A stretch of 64,000 nt of DNA from Lepidodermella squamata (taxonomy: Eukaryota > Animalia > Gastrotricha): the NCBI GenBank assembly GCA_047495785.1, contig JBLDXI010000001.1, positions 4,464,001-4,528,000 of the forward strand, written 5' to 3'. The position numbers and the translations under genes were made by a program. Below are positions 62,950-64,000 of the stretch, one piece after another. The notes beneath the pieces are model-generated. The model did not search any database and was not told the DNA's origin. It saw only the letters and a list, made by a program, of their open reading frames with translations. Each line of letters starts with the position of its first letter. Positions within the stretch are counted from its first letter, which is position 1.

Positions 62950-64000
62950 CTAAGATGAAATAATTATATAAAATAGCAAGAATAATCTCAAGGCCAAATG
63001 TTATATAAAGTATCGTACTTCGCTTAAAAACTTCCAAGCAAAACTCATGTACTTAAACTTACATAGTTTAAGTAACTAATCGGTCACTCGCCGAAAGGCT
63101 ATTCACCGACGAGGTCTTGTACTTTATTGTAGGGACCTTGGGGTTGGTCGCGTTAAATATCGCAAGTGTTTTCTGGCAGATATTCTCATGCTGAAGCATC
63201 CCGATGTCAAAGACCTGAACTTCAGCGAAACTGGCGGAAGACGAGTCAAAATTACTACGCGAAATATCGTTATTCGGAAATACGATATGCGGAACAACTA
63301 CTTGCTGGCGCAACAGTTCTGACGAGTTCCATGATGAATCAAACTGGCTATCCGACTTCCTTTTTGCTCTTTCACTCGCTGATATGCAACGGCTAGATTT
63401 ATAAAAGCCGCGTTCCTCCCTGCTTACTCAATTTTAATGGTTGATTTGGATCAAAAGCAAATAATTTTGTATTATGCTTTCCCTTAACTCTGCTATCATC
63501 TTACACCTCGCCAAACTCTTTACAACTTTCTTGCAGCAAAAGATTCGCCCAGTTATAACAGATCTAACTGCGGAAAATATTAGATTTTTCGTATATTCGT
63601 ATATTTTTTGTGCAATCGTTGTTTTATTCGAGCTCTGCACGGAACGAGCAAAAATAGTCGCAGCCTCGTCGAAACTCGTTTTTTGGAACCCAGGTGCAGA
63701 GTTATTCCGGAATTTCTACTTTGAACCAGCTGGATAAATTAATTGGGTTCGGTAAGTCGATACTCGCGCAGTTCATCATAGGTAAACGGGAAAAGTTTAT
63801 TTGCAAGTTGGCATTGGCGGAATTCAAATGTAAATTTAGAATTTGTTGTTTGTTGTAAATTTGTTGTAGCTCGGTTTCTACTGACGAGTTGCATTATTGC
63901 AAGGCCACACTAAGCTTTTGCCGAAATGCTGCTGCCACCAATACAGATAGAGCCGCGCTTTCCCATTCGTCGAGTGAAGTCAATACGGCAGCCGACGACA

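Noticed and set aside
1-64000. Prokaryotic operon, CRISPR or defence-system interpretation
   Set aside because: The genes are spliceosomal-intron-containing animal genes, and no regularly spaced direct-repeat array was seen.

Overview
This is eukaryotic (invertebrate metazoan-like) genomic DNA with GT-AG introns, either tiny (about 50-60 nt) or kilobase-sized and filled with transposon debris. The left half holds four paralogous GABA-B-like class C GPCR genes with identical intron positions, interleaved with a divergent SLC4 bicarbonate-transporter gene, a TyrB10/GlnE7 globin, a Cys-rich saposin-like secreted protein and an orphan signal-peptide/hydrophobic-helix/coiled-coil/GPI-type protein. 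The right half holds three minus-strand genes: ALG8, a UBA6-like E1 and DENND3 (5' end outside the window). The most striking observation is the UBA6-like gene. It is an intact 8-exon ORF of about 949 aa that keeps the catalytic Cys and a well-conserved E2-binding UFD, but it has lost the ATP-binding and adenylation motifs, so it is a candidate ATP-independent pseudo-E1. Several MITEs (one carrying a tRNA-like Pol III cassette) and piggyBac, Helitron, LINE and hAT remnants are also visible. Exon models were built by hand from splice consensus, frame and remembered family motifs; no database search was run.
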